Program-made: the position numbers and the translations under genes
Notes under the pieces: model-generated
Databases searched by the model: none
Told to the model about the DNA's origin: nothing
The model's input: only the letters and a program-made list of their open reading frames with translations
NCBI GenBank assembly: GCA_050953065.1
Contig: JBMNLZ010000002.1
Location: forward strand, 125,906-189,905
Reading direction: 5' to 3'
Source of the DNA: Bacilli bacterium
GTDB taxonomy: Bacteria; Bacillota_I; Bacilli_A; ML615J-28; CAG-698
Length of the DNA stretch: 64,000 bases
Part shown: piece after piece, positions 10,119-23,268 of the stretch
How positions within the stretch are numbered: position 1 is the stretch's first letter
How the letters are laid out: every line of letters begins with the position of its first letter

Positions 10119-10955
10119 ATGAAAAAAAAAGCATATGCTAAAATAAATTTAAGCCTAAGAGTCTTAAGAAAAAGAGAAGATAATTATCATGATTTAGAGT
10201 CTGTAATGTGTAAGATAAATTTATTTGATAAATTAACTTTTAAAAAAAATAAACTTAAAATAAATAGAATCATAAATGATATATACCCTGATAATTTAGT
10301 TTTAAAAACTGCTAATTTAATTAAAGAAAAATATAAAATAAAACAAGGTCTTGATATAAAAATCAAAAAACAAATTCCAACCCAAGCAGGGCTTGGTGGT
10401 GGGAGTAGTGATGCTGCTTGTACAATCATTGCTTTAAACAAACTATTTAAACTAAACTTAAACATTAATGAAATGATTGAAATTGCTGCTAATTTAGGTA
10501 GTGATATAGCGTATTGTTTATTTGATGAAATAGCTCTAGTAAGCGGTAAGGGTGAAAAAATAAAAGTTATAAATACTAAATTAAATCCTTACTTAGTCTT
10601 AATAAAACCTGATTTTAAATGTAGCACTAAAACAATTTTTGAAAATCATAAAATTACTGAAAGTAATAATTTAGAAGTTTTAATTAAAGCCTTTGAAGAA
10701 AACAATTTAAAAGAAGTTTGTAATAATTTATCTAATGATTTAGAAACAACTGTTAATAATTTGTTTGATAATGAAATAGCTTTAATTAAAGAGACTTTAA
10801 TTAAAGCGGGTGCACTTAATGCTTTGATGACAGGAAGTGGATCAGTTGTTTTTGGTGTTTTTGAAAACAAAAAAACAGCAAAAACATCATACTTAAAATT
10901 AAAAAAAGAAGTAAAAAATAAAAAAGTGTATTTTTGTAAAATTAAAAATAACTAA
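10119..10955 (+). CDS. ispE: 4-diphosphocytidyl-2-C-methyl-D-erythritol kinase
   Basis: GHMP kinase motif PTQAGLGGGSSDA; conserved position after rsmA as in Bacillus. Confidence 0.85.
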   Translation: MKKKAYAKINLSLRVLRKREDNYHDLESVMCKINLFDKLTFKKNKLKINRIINDIYPDNLVLKTANLIKEKYKIKQGLDIKIKKQIPTQAGLGGGSSDAACTIIALNKLFKLNLNINEMIEIAANLGSDIAYCLFDEIALVSGKGEKIKVINTKLNPYLVLIKPDFKCSTKTIFENHKITESNNLEVLIKAFEENNLKEVCNNLSNDLETTVNNLFDNEIALIKETLIKAGALNALMTGSGSVVFGVFENKKTAKTSYLKLKKEVKNKKVYFCKIKNN

Positions 10956-11047
10956 AAATAAAAAATGATTTTTAATAAAAGGGTTGAATTATTTTTACTT
11001 AATGATATAATTTAAGTATCAGTGTAAGAAAGGGTGGAGAAGTAAGG

Positions 11048-11332
11048 ATGCAAATTACAGATGTTAGAATGAGAAAAGTAGACAATGGAAGTAGATTAAA
11101 AGCTGTTGCTACGATTACTTTTGATAATGTTTTTGTTGTTCATGAATTGAGAGTTATTGAGGGAACTAATGGACTATTTGTAGCAATGCCTAACAGAAAA
11201 AACAATAAAGGTTTGTTTAAAGACATAGCTCATCCTATCGAAAAATCAATGCGTGAAGAAATTGAAAGAGTTGTACTTGATAAGTATAATTCTGGCGATC
11301 TAGAAGAAGCTTCAGCAGAAGACGAAGAATAA
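11048..11332 (+). CDS. spoVG: Septation/regulatory protein SpoVG
   Basis: Characteristic N-terminus MQITDVRMRKV...FVVHELRVIEG; acidic C-terminus. Confidence 0.9.
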   Translation: MQITDVRMRKVDNGSRLKAVATITFDNVFVVHELRVIEGTNGLFVAMPNRKNNKGLFKDIAHPIEKSMREEIERVVLDKYNSGDLEEASAEDEE

Positions 11333-11344
11333 GATTGTAATTTT

Positions 11345-11376
11345 TAAAAAAATACCATTCTTTGGTATTTTTTTTA
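11345..11376 (+). terminator. Rho-independent terminator after spoVG
   Basis: 8-bp perfect stem AAATACCA / TGGTATTT followed by a T-run. Confidence 0.6.
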
Positions 11377-11392
11377 AGAAAGAGGAAAAAGT

Positions 11393-12349
11393 ATGAATAT
11401 ATATGCTATTATACTGGCAGCCGGCAAAGGCATAAGAATGAATTCTACCCTACCAAAATGTGCTCATAAAGTAATTGGCAAACCAATGGTAGAATATGTT
11501 GTTGATGCTATAAGACATCAAGAAATTACAGAAATTTATACGGTAGTTGGATATCAAAAAGAAGTAATTGAAGAAATACTAAAAAATAAAACTAAATTTG
11601 CTTTTCAAAAAGAACAACTTGGGACTGCTAATGCTGTAAAAAGTTGTGAAGAGTTTTTAAAAGGAAAAGAAGGTGTTACTTTAATTGCGATTGGTGATAT
11701 GCCTTTTATAACTAAAGAAACTTATAAAGAATTACTTGATTTTCATATCAAAAGTAAATCTGATTTAACTGTTTTAACTACGATTCATAAAGACCCAAGT
11801 GGGTATGGAAGAATTGTTAGAAACAGTAAAGGTCAGGTTATGGCAATTGTAGAAGATAAGGATTGTGTTGGCGAACAACGAAACATTAAAGAAATAAATG
11901 CATCTGTATATGTAATAGATAATAAAAAACTTTTTATTTATTTAGAAAAGATTCAAAACGTTAATAAACAAAATGAATATTATTTAACGGATTTAGTGAG
12001 CCTATTTTATGAAGACAATCTAAAAGTTTCAACTTATATTGTAAATGATTATGATGAAATAAGTGGAATCAATGATCAAAATCAACTGGTTAAATTAGAA
12101 GCAATGCTTCAAAAAAGAATTCTAGATAAACATATAATTAATGGTGTTGATATTGTTGATATCAACAGTGTTAAAATAGGTTATGATGTAGAGATTGGCG
12201 AGAATGTTACGATTATGGAAAACGTTGAGATTTTAGGTAAAACTGTAATTGGTAATAATTCAAGCGTTGGACCTAATGCTAGTGTAATTGATTCAAATAT
12301 TTTAGAAGGTTCTAAAATATTTGATACAAAAATTATCAATAATAAATAA
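11393..12349 (+). CDS. GlmU-like sugar-phosphate nucleotidyltransferase, short form (uridyltransferase domain plus only the start of the left-handed beta-helix)
   Basis: N-terminal AIILAAGKGIRM nucleotidyltransferase motif; 318 aa versus about 450 aa expected for GlmU; sits in the glmU position between spoVG and prs. Confidence 0.65.
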   Translation: MNIYAIILAAGKGIRMNSTLPKCAHKVIGKPMVEYVVDAIRHQEITEIYTVVGYQKEVIEEILKNKTKFAFQKEQLGTANAVKSCEEFLKGKEGVTLIAIGDMPFITKETYKELLDFHIKSKSDLTVLTTIHKDPSGYGRIVRNSKGQVMAIVEDKDCVGEQRNIKEINASVYVIDNKKLFIYLEKIQNVNKQNEYYLTDLVSLFYEDNLKVSTYIVNDYDEISGINDQNQLVKLEAMLQKRILDKHIINGVDIVDINSVKIGYDVEIGENVTIMENVEILGKTVIGNNSSVGPNASVIDSNILEGSKIFDTKIINNK

Positions 12350-12379
12350 AATTTTAAATTTAAAAGAAAGAGTTGATTT

Positions 12380-12412
12380 AGATGTGTTTTTAAAAAAACA
12401 CATCTTTTTAAA
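12380..12412 (+). terminator. Rho-independent terminator after the glmU-like gene
   Basis: Stem AGATGTG / CACATCT followed by a T-run. Confidence 0.55.
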
Positions 12413-12504
12413 TGATAACGTTTTAAAATTGCATTTTTTTAATAAAAGAGTTATAATATAAATAGGTTTTTCTTTTTTATATATGAGGAGGTTTTCTATA
12501 AGTT

Positions 12505-13473
12505 ATGGCCAGTATTCGCGATGCTAAAGTTAAGTTGTTTACTTTGAATTCTAACCCAGAATTAGCACAAGAGATTGCTGATTATATGGGAATTGGATTA
12601 TCTGATTGTGTGCTTACAAGATTTGCTGATGGTGAGGTAAGTTTAAATATTGCTGAGACAGTTAGAGGTCATCATGTCTTTGTAGTTCAATCTACTTCAA
12701 AGCCAGTTAATGAGCATTATATGGAATTGTTAATTATGATTGATGCTTTAAAAAGAGCATCTGCTAAAACAATTAATGTTATTATGCCTTATTATGGTTA
12801 TTCAAGGCAAGATAGAAAGGCCTTAGCTAGACAACCAATTTCTGCTAAGTTAGTAGCAGATTTATTAGAAGTAGCAGGTGCTACAAGAATAATTTGCCTA
12901 GATTTACATGCAGCTCAAATTCAAGGATTCTTTAATATTCCGATTGATAACTTCCAAGCTTCGGCTATTATGGTTAAGTATTTTAAAGAAAAAGGAATTG
13001 AAGATATAGTGGTTGTTTCACCTGACCATGGTGGTACTACTAGAGCAAGAAGATTTGCAATTAACTTTGATGCGCCTATTGCAATTATTGATAAAAGAAG
13101 ACCAAAACCAAATGTTGCAGAAGTTATGAATATAATTGGAGATGTACAAGATAAGAATGTTATCATTGTAGATGATATCGTAGATACAGCGGGAACTATT
13201 ACAGTAGCAGCCAAAGCTTTAAAAGAAGCTGGAGCCAAAGATATTTATGTAACGTGTTCTCATCCAGTATTATCTGATCCTGCGATGGAAAGAATTAATG
13301 AATCTCCTATTACAGAACTTGTAACTACTAACTCAATTAGAATACCTAAAGCTAAATTAAGTCCAAAGATTGTCCAATTATCAATTGCTGAAATGTTAGG
13401 ACAAGGAATAATCAATATAGTTCAAGATAAACCTATTAGTGATTTATTTGTTTATAAGCCAAATAAAAAATAG
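12505..13473 (+). CDS. prs: Ribose-phosphate pyrophosphokinase (PRPP synthetase)
   Basis: PRPP-binding motif [13 protein letters not shown]; strong SD GAGGAGG. Confidence 0.95.
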   Translation: MASIRDAKVKLFTLNSNPELAQEIADYMGIGLSDCVLTRFADGEVSLNIAETVRGHHVFVVQSTSKPVNEHYMELLIMIDALKRASAKTINVIMPYYGYSRQDRKALARQPISAKLVADLLEVAGATRIICLDLHAAQIQGFFNIPIDNFQASAIMVKYFKEKGIEDIVVVSPDHGGTTRARRFAINFDAPIAIIDKRRPKPNVAEVMNIIGDVQDKNVIIVDDIVDTAGTITVAAKALKEAGAKDIYVTCSHPVLSDPAMERINESPITELVTTNSIRIPKAKLSPKIVQLSIAEMLGQGIINIVQDKPISDLFVYKPNKK

Positions 13474-13480
13474 TAAATTT

Positions 13481-13513
13481 AAACTCTCTAAAGTTAATTT
13501 AGAGAGTTTTTTT
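13481..13513 (+). terminator. Rho-independent terminator after prs
   Basis: Stem AAACTCTCTAAA / TTTAGAGAGTTT followed by a T-run. Confidence 0.7.
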
Positions 13514-13550
13514 ATTTATTTTTTAAAGAAAAACTTAATAAAGATATTGA

Positions 13551-13579
13551 TTGACTTAGAAAATGTAAAGTAGTATAAT
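13551..13579 (+). promoter_or_regulatory. rRNA operon promoter P1 (sigma-A type)
   Basis: TTGACT, 17-nt spacer, TATAAT. Confidence 0.6.
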
Positions 13580-13630
13580 GTATAAGGTTGCCTAAAAATG
13601 GGTAATTTAGTAAAAAAAGTAAAATAAATG

Positions 13631-13658
13631 TTGACAATACCCCTGAATGTGGTATAAT
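13631..13658 (+). promoter_or_regulatory. rRNA operon promoter P2 (sigma-A type)
   Basis: TTGACA, 16-nt spacer, TATAAT; about 70 nt upstream of the 16S 5' end. Confidence 0.6.
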
Positions 13659-13727
13659 GATAAATGCTCTAACAAAAAAATAAGGTCTTTGAAAACTAAA
13701 TAGAACAGGTGGAGTAAGGAATAAACT

Positions 13728-15263
<1,536 letters not shown>

Positions 15264-15463
15264 AAGGAGAAAGGTTAAACCTTTAACCAAAAATTATTTT
15301 AAATTTCTTTGATTTTTTACTCCATCATGTTCTATTTAGTTTTGAGAGACTTTGTCTTTCTAAAATATAGTTTTATTAATAGATCTTTGAAAATTGAATA
15401 GTACTTGTCGCAAGAAAGTAAGAACACTTTTTAAAAATTTTAGTGTTTAAATAAAAAGAATAA

Positions 15464-18327
<2,864 letters not shown>

Positions 18328-18364
18328 TAAAGCGATGAAGTACTATTCAATTTTGAAAGAGAAG

Positions 18365-18475
18365 TATGGTGACAACAGCAAAGTGGAAACACCTGTTCCC
18401 ATCTCGAACACAGAAGTTAAGCACTTTAACGCCGATGATAGTTGGGCTTCCCCGCAAAAGTAGGAAGTTGCCTTA
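18365..18475 (+). rRNA. rrf: 5S ribosomal RNA (ends approximate)
   Basis: Conserved CCTGTTCCCATCTCGAACACAGAAGTTAAGC and GCCGATGATAGT blocks; terminal helix pairing. Confidence 0.9.
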
Positions 18476-18572
18476 CTTCCTTTCTATTAATAAAAAAATA
18501 TATACATTTTAATATTTTTGTGTTAATATCTAATGTAGATAAAAGAGTTACAGATAATTTCACGCAAAAAAT

Positions 18573-18648
18573 GGAGGATTAGCTCAGCTGGGAGAGCATC
18601 TGCCTTACAAGCAGAGGGTCGGCGGTTCGATCCCGTCATCCTCCACCA
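18573..18648 (+). tRNA. tRNA-Val (anticodon TAC)
   Basis: Cloverleaf read by eye; anticodon loop CTTACAA; 3' CCA encoded. Confidence 0.85.
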
Positions 18649-18652
18649 TTGT

Positions 18653-18728
<76 letters not shown>

Positions 18729-18734
18729 TTCTTT

Positions 18735-18810
18735 GTCTCCGTAGCTCAGAAGGTAGAGCAACTGACTTTTAATCAGTGGGTCGGACGTTCGAATCGTCTC
18801 GGAGACACCA
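18735..18810 (+). tRNA. tRNA-Lys (anticodon TTT)
   Basis: Acceptor GTCTCCG/CGGAGAC; anticodon loop CTTTTAA; CCA encoded. Confidence 0.85.
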
Positions 18811-18833
18811 TTTCTCTACCAGATGAAAAATGC

Positions 18834-18920
18834 GCTTGAGTGGCGGAATAGGTAGACGCGCAGGACTTAAAATCCTGTGGTAGCAATACCGTGTGGGTTC
18901 AATTCCCACCTTAAGCACCA
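18834..18920 (+). tRNA. tRNA-Leu (anticodon TAA), long variable arm
   Basis: Anticodon loop CTTAAAA; class II variable arm; CCA encoded. Confidence 0.8.
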
Positions 18921-18936
18921 AAAGTTTTTAAAAGAT

Positions 18937-19012
18937 GGGTCCTTAGCTCAGCTGGGAGAGCGCCTGTTTTGCAAGCAGGAGGCCGACGGTTCGATCCCGT
19001 TAGGATCCACCA
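18937..19012 (+). tRNA. tRNA-Ala (anticodon TGC)
   Basis: Acceptor with G3:U70; anticodon loop TTTGCAA; CCA encoded. Confidence 0.85.
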
Positions 19013-19033
19013 TTTTTTTAAAGATTAGTAACT

Positions 19034-19110
19034 GGCGGTGTAGCTTAGCTGGCTAGAGCGTACGGTTCATACCCGTGAGGTCGGGGGTTCAAATCCCTCC
19101 ACCGCTACCA
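19034..19110 (+). tRNA. tRNA-Met, elongator (anticodon CAT)
   Basis: Close to the remembered Bacillus elongator tRNA-Met (GGCGGTGTAGC...GGTTCATACCCGT). Confidence 0.7.
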
Positions 19111-19115
19111 TAAGC

Positions 19116-19192
19116 GGACCCGTAGCTCAGTTGGTTAGAGCTACCGGCTCATAACCGGTCGGTCGCAGGTTCGAGTCCTGCTGGGTCCACCA
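19116..19192 (+). tRNA. tRNA-Ile2 (anticodon CAT, lysidine-type); Met not excluded
   Basis: CAT anticodon; body resembles the remembered Bacillus tRNA-Ile(LAU) (GGACC...GGCTCATAACCG...GGTTCGAGTCC). Confidence 0.6.
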
Positions 19193-19206
19193 GTTTTAAA
19201 ATGTAC

Positions 19207-19297
19207 GGAGGAATACCCAAGTCCGGCTGAAGGGATCGGTCTTGAAAACCGACAGGCGTGCGAGCGCGCGGGGGTTCGAATCCCTCTTCCTCCGCCA
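19207..19297 (+). tRNA. tRNA-Ser (anticodon TGA)
   Basis: GGAGGAATACCCAAGTCCGGCTGAAGG start; anticodon loop CTTGAAA; long variable arm. Confidence 0.85.
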
Positions 19298-19339
19298 TTT
19301 TATTAAAAATAAATTAAGTTAAATATATAAGCATAACAT

Positions 19340-19415
<76 letters not shown>

Positions 19416-19419
19416 AAAT

Positions 19420-19495
19420 GGTCCCATGGTGTAGTGGTTAACATGCCAGTCTGTCACACTGGAGATCGCGGGTTCAAGTCCCGTTGGGACCGCCA
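19420..19495 (+). tRNA. tRNA-Asp (anticodon GTC)
   Basis: Anticodon loop CTGTCAC; acceptor GGTCCCA/TGGGACC. Confidence 0.85.
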
Positions 19496-19501
19496 TTTTT
19501 T

Positions 19502-19577
19502 GGCTCAGTAGCTCAGTTGGTAGAGCGAAGGACTGAAAATCCTTGTGTCGGTGGTTCAATTCCGCCCTGAGCCACCA
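19502..19577 (+). tRNA. tRNA-Phe (anticodon GAA)
   Basis: Anticodon loop CTGAAAA; acceptor GGCTCAG/CTGAGCC; CCA encoded. Confidence 0.85.
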
Positions 19578-19591
19578 TGTGTTGGAAAAGT

Positions 19592-19627
19592 AAAGGTTTG
19601 ATAATAAAATATCAAACCTTTTTTATA
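19592..19627 (+). terminator. Rho-independent terminator ending the rRNA-tRNA operon
   Basis: Stem AAGGTTTGAT / ATCAAACCTT followed by a T-run. Confidence 0.75.
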
Positions 19628-19641
19628 AAAAAATTATTAAA

Positions 19642-19669
19642 ATAAATGTGGCTTTTAATGCACATTTAT
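19642..19669 (+). promoter_or_regulatory. Perfect 9-bp inverted repeat (ATAAATGTG-N10-CACATTTAT) beside a -10-like element; candidate operator for the HTH-methylase
   Basis: Palindrome read directly; TGATATTAT follows at 19669-19677; about 20 nt upstream of the HTH-methyltransferase start. Confidence 0.45.
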
Positions 19670-19695
19670 GATATTATCTATTTGGGTGATACAAT

Positions 19696-20736
19696 ATGAT
19701 TTTAGATATATTTGGAAATAGAGTTAGAGATTTAAGAAATTCAAAAATGCTTTCTCAAGTAGAGTTTTCTCATTTATCAGGAATAGATAGAACTCAAATT
19801 TCAAAAATAGAACAAGGAAAAATAAATGTGACGCTAGTAACGATTGAAAAAATAAGTGAAGCACTAAATGTTGAAATTAAAGATTTGATGAATATTTCAA
19901 ATGAAAAAAAGATGCGCCCCTTTGTAAAATGGGCAGGAGGTAAAACTCAAATTCTTAGTAAAATTTGTGAGTTAATGCCAAATGAATTTGAAACTTATTT
20001 TGAGCCCTTCGTAGGTGGTGGAGCGTTGTTTTTATATCTTGCTCCTGAAAAAGCATATATAAATGATTCTAATAGTGAATTGATGGGTGCTTACGAATGT
20101 CTAAAAGATCTTAATAAATATACAAAACTATTAAAAATCCTAGAGGAGCATGAAGTAAATCATAGCGAAGAATATTATTATGAAATTCGCGCTTTAGATA
20201 GAAATGATGACTTTGAAAAAATGCCAGTCTATGAAAGAGCTGCTAGAATGATTTATTTAAATAAAGCTTGTTATAATGGACTTTATAGAGTTAATTCTAA
20301 AGGCTATTTTAATGTTCCATCAGGAAGAAAAACTAATGTTAATACATACGACAGAGACAATATGTTATTATTACGAAATTACTTTTTAAATAACGACATC
20401 AATATTTTAAATACTGATTTTGAGGAAGCAGTAAAATCTGCTAAAGAAGGTGATTTTGTATACTTTGATCCTCCATATGATACGTTAGATGAAAAAGATA
20501 CTTTTACTTCTTATTCAAAAGATTCTTTTGGAAAAGAAGCCCAAACAAGGCTTGCTAGAGTTTATCAAGAATTATCTGATAAGGGAGTCAAAGTAATGTT
20601 GAGCAATCACAATACACGATATATAAATGAGTTATACAAAGAATTTAATAAGACGATTATTAAGGCCAAAAGAATGATTAATTCTAACGCAGATGGTCGT
20701 GGAGAAGTAGAAGAAATAATAATCACTAATTATTAG
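19696..20736 (+). CDS. dpnM: N6-adenine DNA methyltransferase, Dam/DpnM family (D12 class), with N-terminal XRE-type HTH domain
   Basis: N-terminal HTH (LSQVEFSHLSGIDRTQISKIEQG); then KWAGGK, FEPFVGGGALF, NGLYRVNSKG, DFVYFDPPY, MLSN motifs matching remembered DpnM. Confidence 0.8.
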   Translation: MILDIFGNRVRDLRNSKMLSQVEFSHLSGIDRTQISKIEQGKINVTLVTIEKISEALNVEIKDLMNISNEKKMRPFVKWAGGKTQILSKICELMPNEFETYFEPFVGGGALFLYLAPEKAYINDSNSELMGAYECLKDLNKYTKLLKILEEHEVNHSEEYYYEIRALDRNDDFEKMPVYERAARMIYLNKACYNGLYRVNSKGYFNVPSGRKTNVNTYDRDNMLLLRNYFLNNDINILNTDFEEAVKSAKEGDFVYFDPPYDTLDEKDTFTSYSKDSFGKEAQTRLARVYQELSDKGVKVMLSNHNTRYINELYKEFNKTIIKAKRMINSNADGRGEVEEIIITNY

Positions 20737-20746
20737 GAGTTAGTAA

Positions 20747-21568
20747 ATGAACTTAAATAGTTTAGAAAAAGATCTATACATAGATTATCCTGAGTTTAAG
20801 TTATTGCTTGGTGATTCTTTTGAAGTATTAAAAAAATTTGAAGTAAAATCTGTTGATATGGTTTTTGCTGATCCACCATATTTCTTATCTAGTGGCGGGA
20901 TATCTTGTCAAAATGGAAAGCAAGTCTTGGTTAATAAAGGTGATTGGGATATAGCAAAAACAATAGAAGAAAAAATTACATATCACCGTGAATGGATAAG
21001 GCTTTGTAGAAATGTATTAAAAGATGATGGGGCTATCTGGATTTCTGCAACTCTACATAGTGTATATGCAATAGGGGTAGCTTTAGAGATGGAAGGTTTT
21101 TCAATTATAAATAATATTATATGGCAGAAAACCAATCCTGCTCCTAATTTAGGATGTAGATGTTTTACGCACTCAACTGAAACAATTATTTGGGCAAGAA
21201 AACAACTGACTAAAAAAAAGAAAGGTAAACATTGTTTTGATTATCAGTTAATGAAAGAAGTTAATGACGGGAAACAAATGAAAGATGTTTGGGAGTTTAG
21301 TGAAGAAGAACCAATCATTTGGAAAATAAGTACTACGCCAAAAAGAGAGAAAAAAGAAGGAAGGCATCCAACTCAAAAGCCGTTAGAACTTTTAAAAAGA
21401 ATTATTCTTGCTTCTACAAAAGAAAACGATATTGTATTAGACCCTTTTAATGGTAGTGGTACAACTGGAATTGCATGTAAAATCTTGAATAGAAATTATA
21501 TAGGAATTGATAATGACGAAGAGTATTTAAATCTAACAAAGAAAAGATATGAGGTAATAAAAGGATGA
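20747..21568 (+). CDS. dpnA: DNA methyltransferase, N4/N6 family, DpnA-like (second methylase of DpnII-type systems)
   Basis: Motifs FADPPYF, WQKTNPAPN, DGKQMKDVW, HPTQKP, LDPFNGSGTTG resembling remembered DpnA. Confidence 0.75.
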   Translation: MNLNSLEKDLYIDYPEFKLLLGDSFEVLKKFEVKSVDMVFADPPYFLSSGGISCQNGKQVLVNKGDWDIAKTIEEKITYHREWIRLCRNVLKDDGAIWISATLHSVYAIGVALEMEGFSIINNIIWQKTNPAPNLGCRCFTHSTETIIWARKQLTKKKKGKHCFDYQLMKEVNDGKQMKDVWEFSEEEPIIWKISTTPKREKKEGRHPTQKPLELLKRIILASTKENDIVLDPFNGSGTTGIACKILNRNYIGIDNDEEYLNLTKKRYEVIKG

Positions 21569-22410
21569 GAAATTTTGAAGAATGGTTAAGCAAATTTAGA
21601 GAAAGTATAGCTGATTATAAATATTACGTTGATTTTGATAAAGTATATAAAGAAGTTGATGAAATAAAAGTTGAATTAAATATAATGAACAGTTTAATCG
21701 GTTCAAAAAATATTGAAACTGATTTTGAAAAGCTACTTAAAGAATATCCTAAAATTTTAAAATGTATTCCCATTTTGCTTGCAAAAAGAGAACGAGAAAT
21801 TATTGCGATAGATGAAGATGGTTCATATAATTTTAATTTTAATAAAATGAATTATTCAATAGATGAATATAAAATGTTTATGAGAAAAACTGGACTTTTT
21901 GAACTTATAGCAAATAGAATAGTTAATAATTTAGTAGATTACGTATTGGGTGTTGAATCGGGGTTAAGTTCAAACGGTAGAAAAAATCGCGGTGGACATT
22001 TAATGGAAAATATCGTTGAAGGTTATTTGAAAAAAGCTAAGTTAACATACGTTAAAGAAATGCTTTCAAAAGATATTGAAAAAACATGGGGGATAGATTT
22101 GTCTAGTATTTCTAGTGATGGTAAAGCTTTAAAAAGATTTGATTTTGTTGTAAAAACAAATGCTTGTATTTATGCTATCGAATGTAATTTTTATAGTAGT
22201 GGAGGTTCAAAATTAAATGAAACTGCACGTAGTTATAAAATGCTTGCCTTAGAGTCAAAAGATATTAAAGGATTTAAGTTTGTTTGGTTTACTGATGGGC
22301 TTGGTTGGAAAACAGCAAAAAACAATCTAAAAGAAACATTTGATGTGTTAGAAGATTTGTACTCCATTGATGATTTAGAGAAGGACATAATTTTAAAAAA
22401 ATTTAAATAA
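21565..22410 (+). CDS. dpnB: Type II restriction endonuclease, DpnII/MboI family (predicted GATC specificity)
   Basis: Colinear with remembered DpnII (NIMNSLIGSKNI, NGRKNRGG, KRFDFV, SKLNETARSYKM); 4-nt overlap with upstream methylase. Confidence 0.75.
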   Translation: MRNFEEWLSKFRESIADYKYYVDFDKVYKEVDEIKVELNIMNSLIGSKNIETDFEKLLKEYPKILKCIPILLAKREREIIAIDEDGSYNFNFNKMNYSIDEYKMFMRKTGLFELIANRIVNNLVDYVLGVESGLSSNGRKNRGGHLMENIVEGYLKKAKLTYVKEMLSKDIEKTWGIDLSSISSDGKALKRFDFVVKTNACIYAIECNFYSSGGSKLNETARSYKMLALESKDIKGFKFVWFTDGLGWKTAKNNLKETFDVLEDLYSIDDLEKDIILKKFK

Positions 22411-22456
22411 AAGTAAAAACCATTTCTTTAATAATATATATTAAAGAGGTGGTTTT

Positions 22457-23173
22457 TTGTTATATAATGGTGATTGTATAGAAGTAATGAAATCTATTGA
22501 AAGTAAGAGTGTCGATATGATCTTTGCAGATCCGCCCTACTTTCTTTCTAATGATGGTAAAAGTATTTCAAGTGGTAAGATAGTATCTGTTAATAAGGGT
22601 GAATGGGATAAAAGAAAGAATTATGAAAGTGTTGAAGTGTTCACTAAAGAATGGTTAAGTGAATGTTTTAGAATATTAAAAGATAAGTGTAGTATTTGGG
22701 TATCAGGAACACATCACAATATTTTTAATGTTAAAAGAATAATGGATGAAATAGGATTTAAAATAATAAATATAGTGATATGGAAAAAGATAGATCCGCC
22801 GCCTTTAATATATAAAAACAAATTAAGATTTTCGTATGAGTTTATTATTTGGGCTGATAAGGGTAAGGGGCATATTTTTAATTATAATGATATGTATAAA
22901 ATTGCTAATGAGGAGTTAGAAGATGTTTGGATTTTACCGTCTGTTCATATGAACGAAAAGAAATATGGCTATCATCCTACTCAAAAACCAGAATGTCTAT
23001 TAGAAAGAATTATAAAAGCATCTACGAATAAAGGTCAGTTAGTATTAGATCCTTTTATGGGAAGTGGAACAACTTGTGTGGTTGCTAAAAGATTAGGTAG
23101 AAAATTTATAGGAATAGAAAAAGAAAAAATGTTTTATTTAAATTCATGCAAAAGGATTGAAAATCAACTATAA
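22457..23173 (+). CDS. Second N4/N6-family DNA methyltransferase (DpnA paralog); probable TTG start
   Basis: N-terminus LYNGDCIEVMK; FADPPYF, HPTQKP, LDPFMGSGTT motifs; SD AAAGAGGTGG upstream. Confidence 0.7.
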   Translation: MLYNGDCIEVMKSIESKSVDMIFADPPYFLSNDGKSISSGKIVSVNKGEWDKRKNYESVEVFTKEWLSECFRILKDKCSIWVSGTHHNIFNVKRIMDEIGFKIINIVIWKKIDPPPLIYKNKLRFSYEFIIWADKGKGHIFNYNDMYKIANEELEDVWILPSVHMNEKKYGYHPTQKPECLLERIIKASTNKGQLVLDPFMGSGTTCVVAKRLGRKFIGIEKEKMFYLNSCKRIENQL

Positions 23174-23268
23174 TGGAAAAACAATATAAACCCACTTTTA
23201 TTTTTATTTAAAGTAGGTTTATTTTTTTTAATTAATGCTTAAACTATTAAGTTAAATATGGTAAAATT

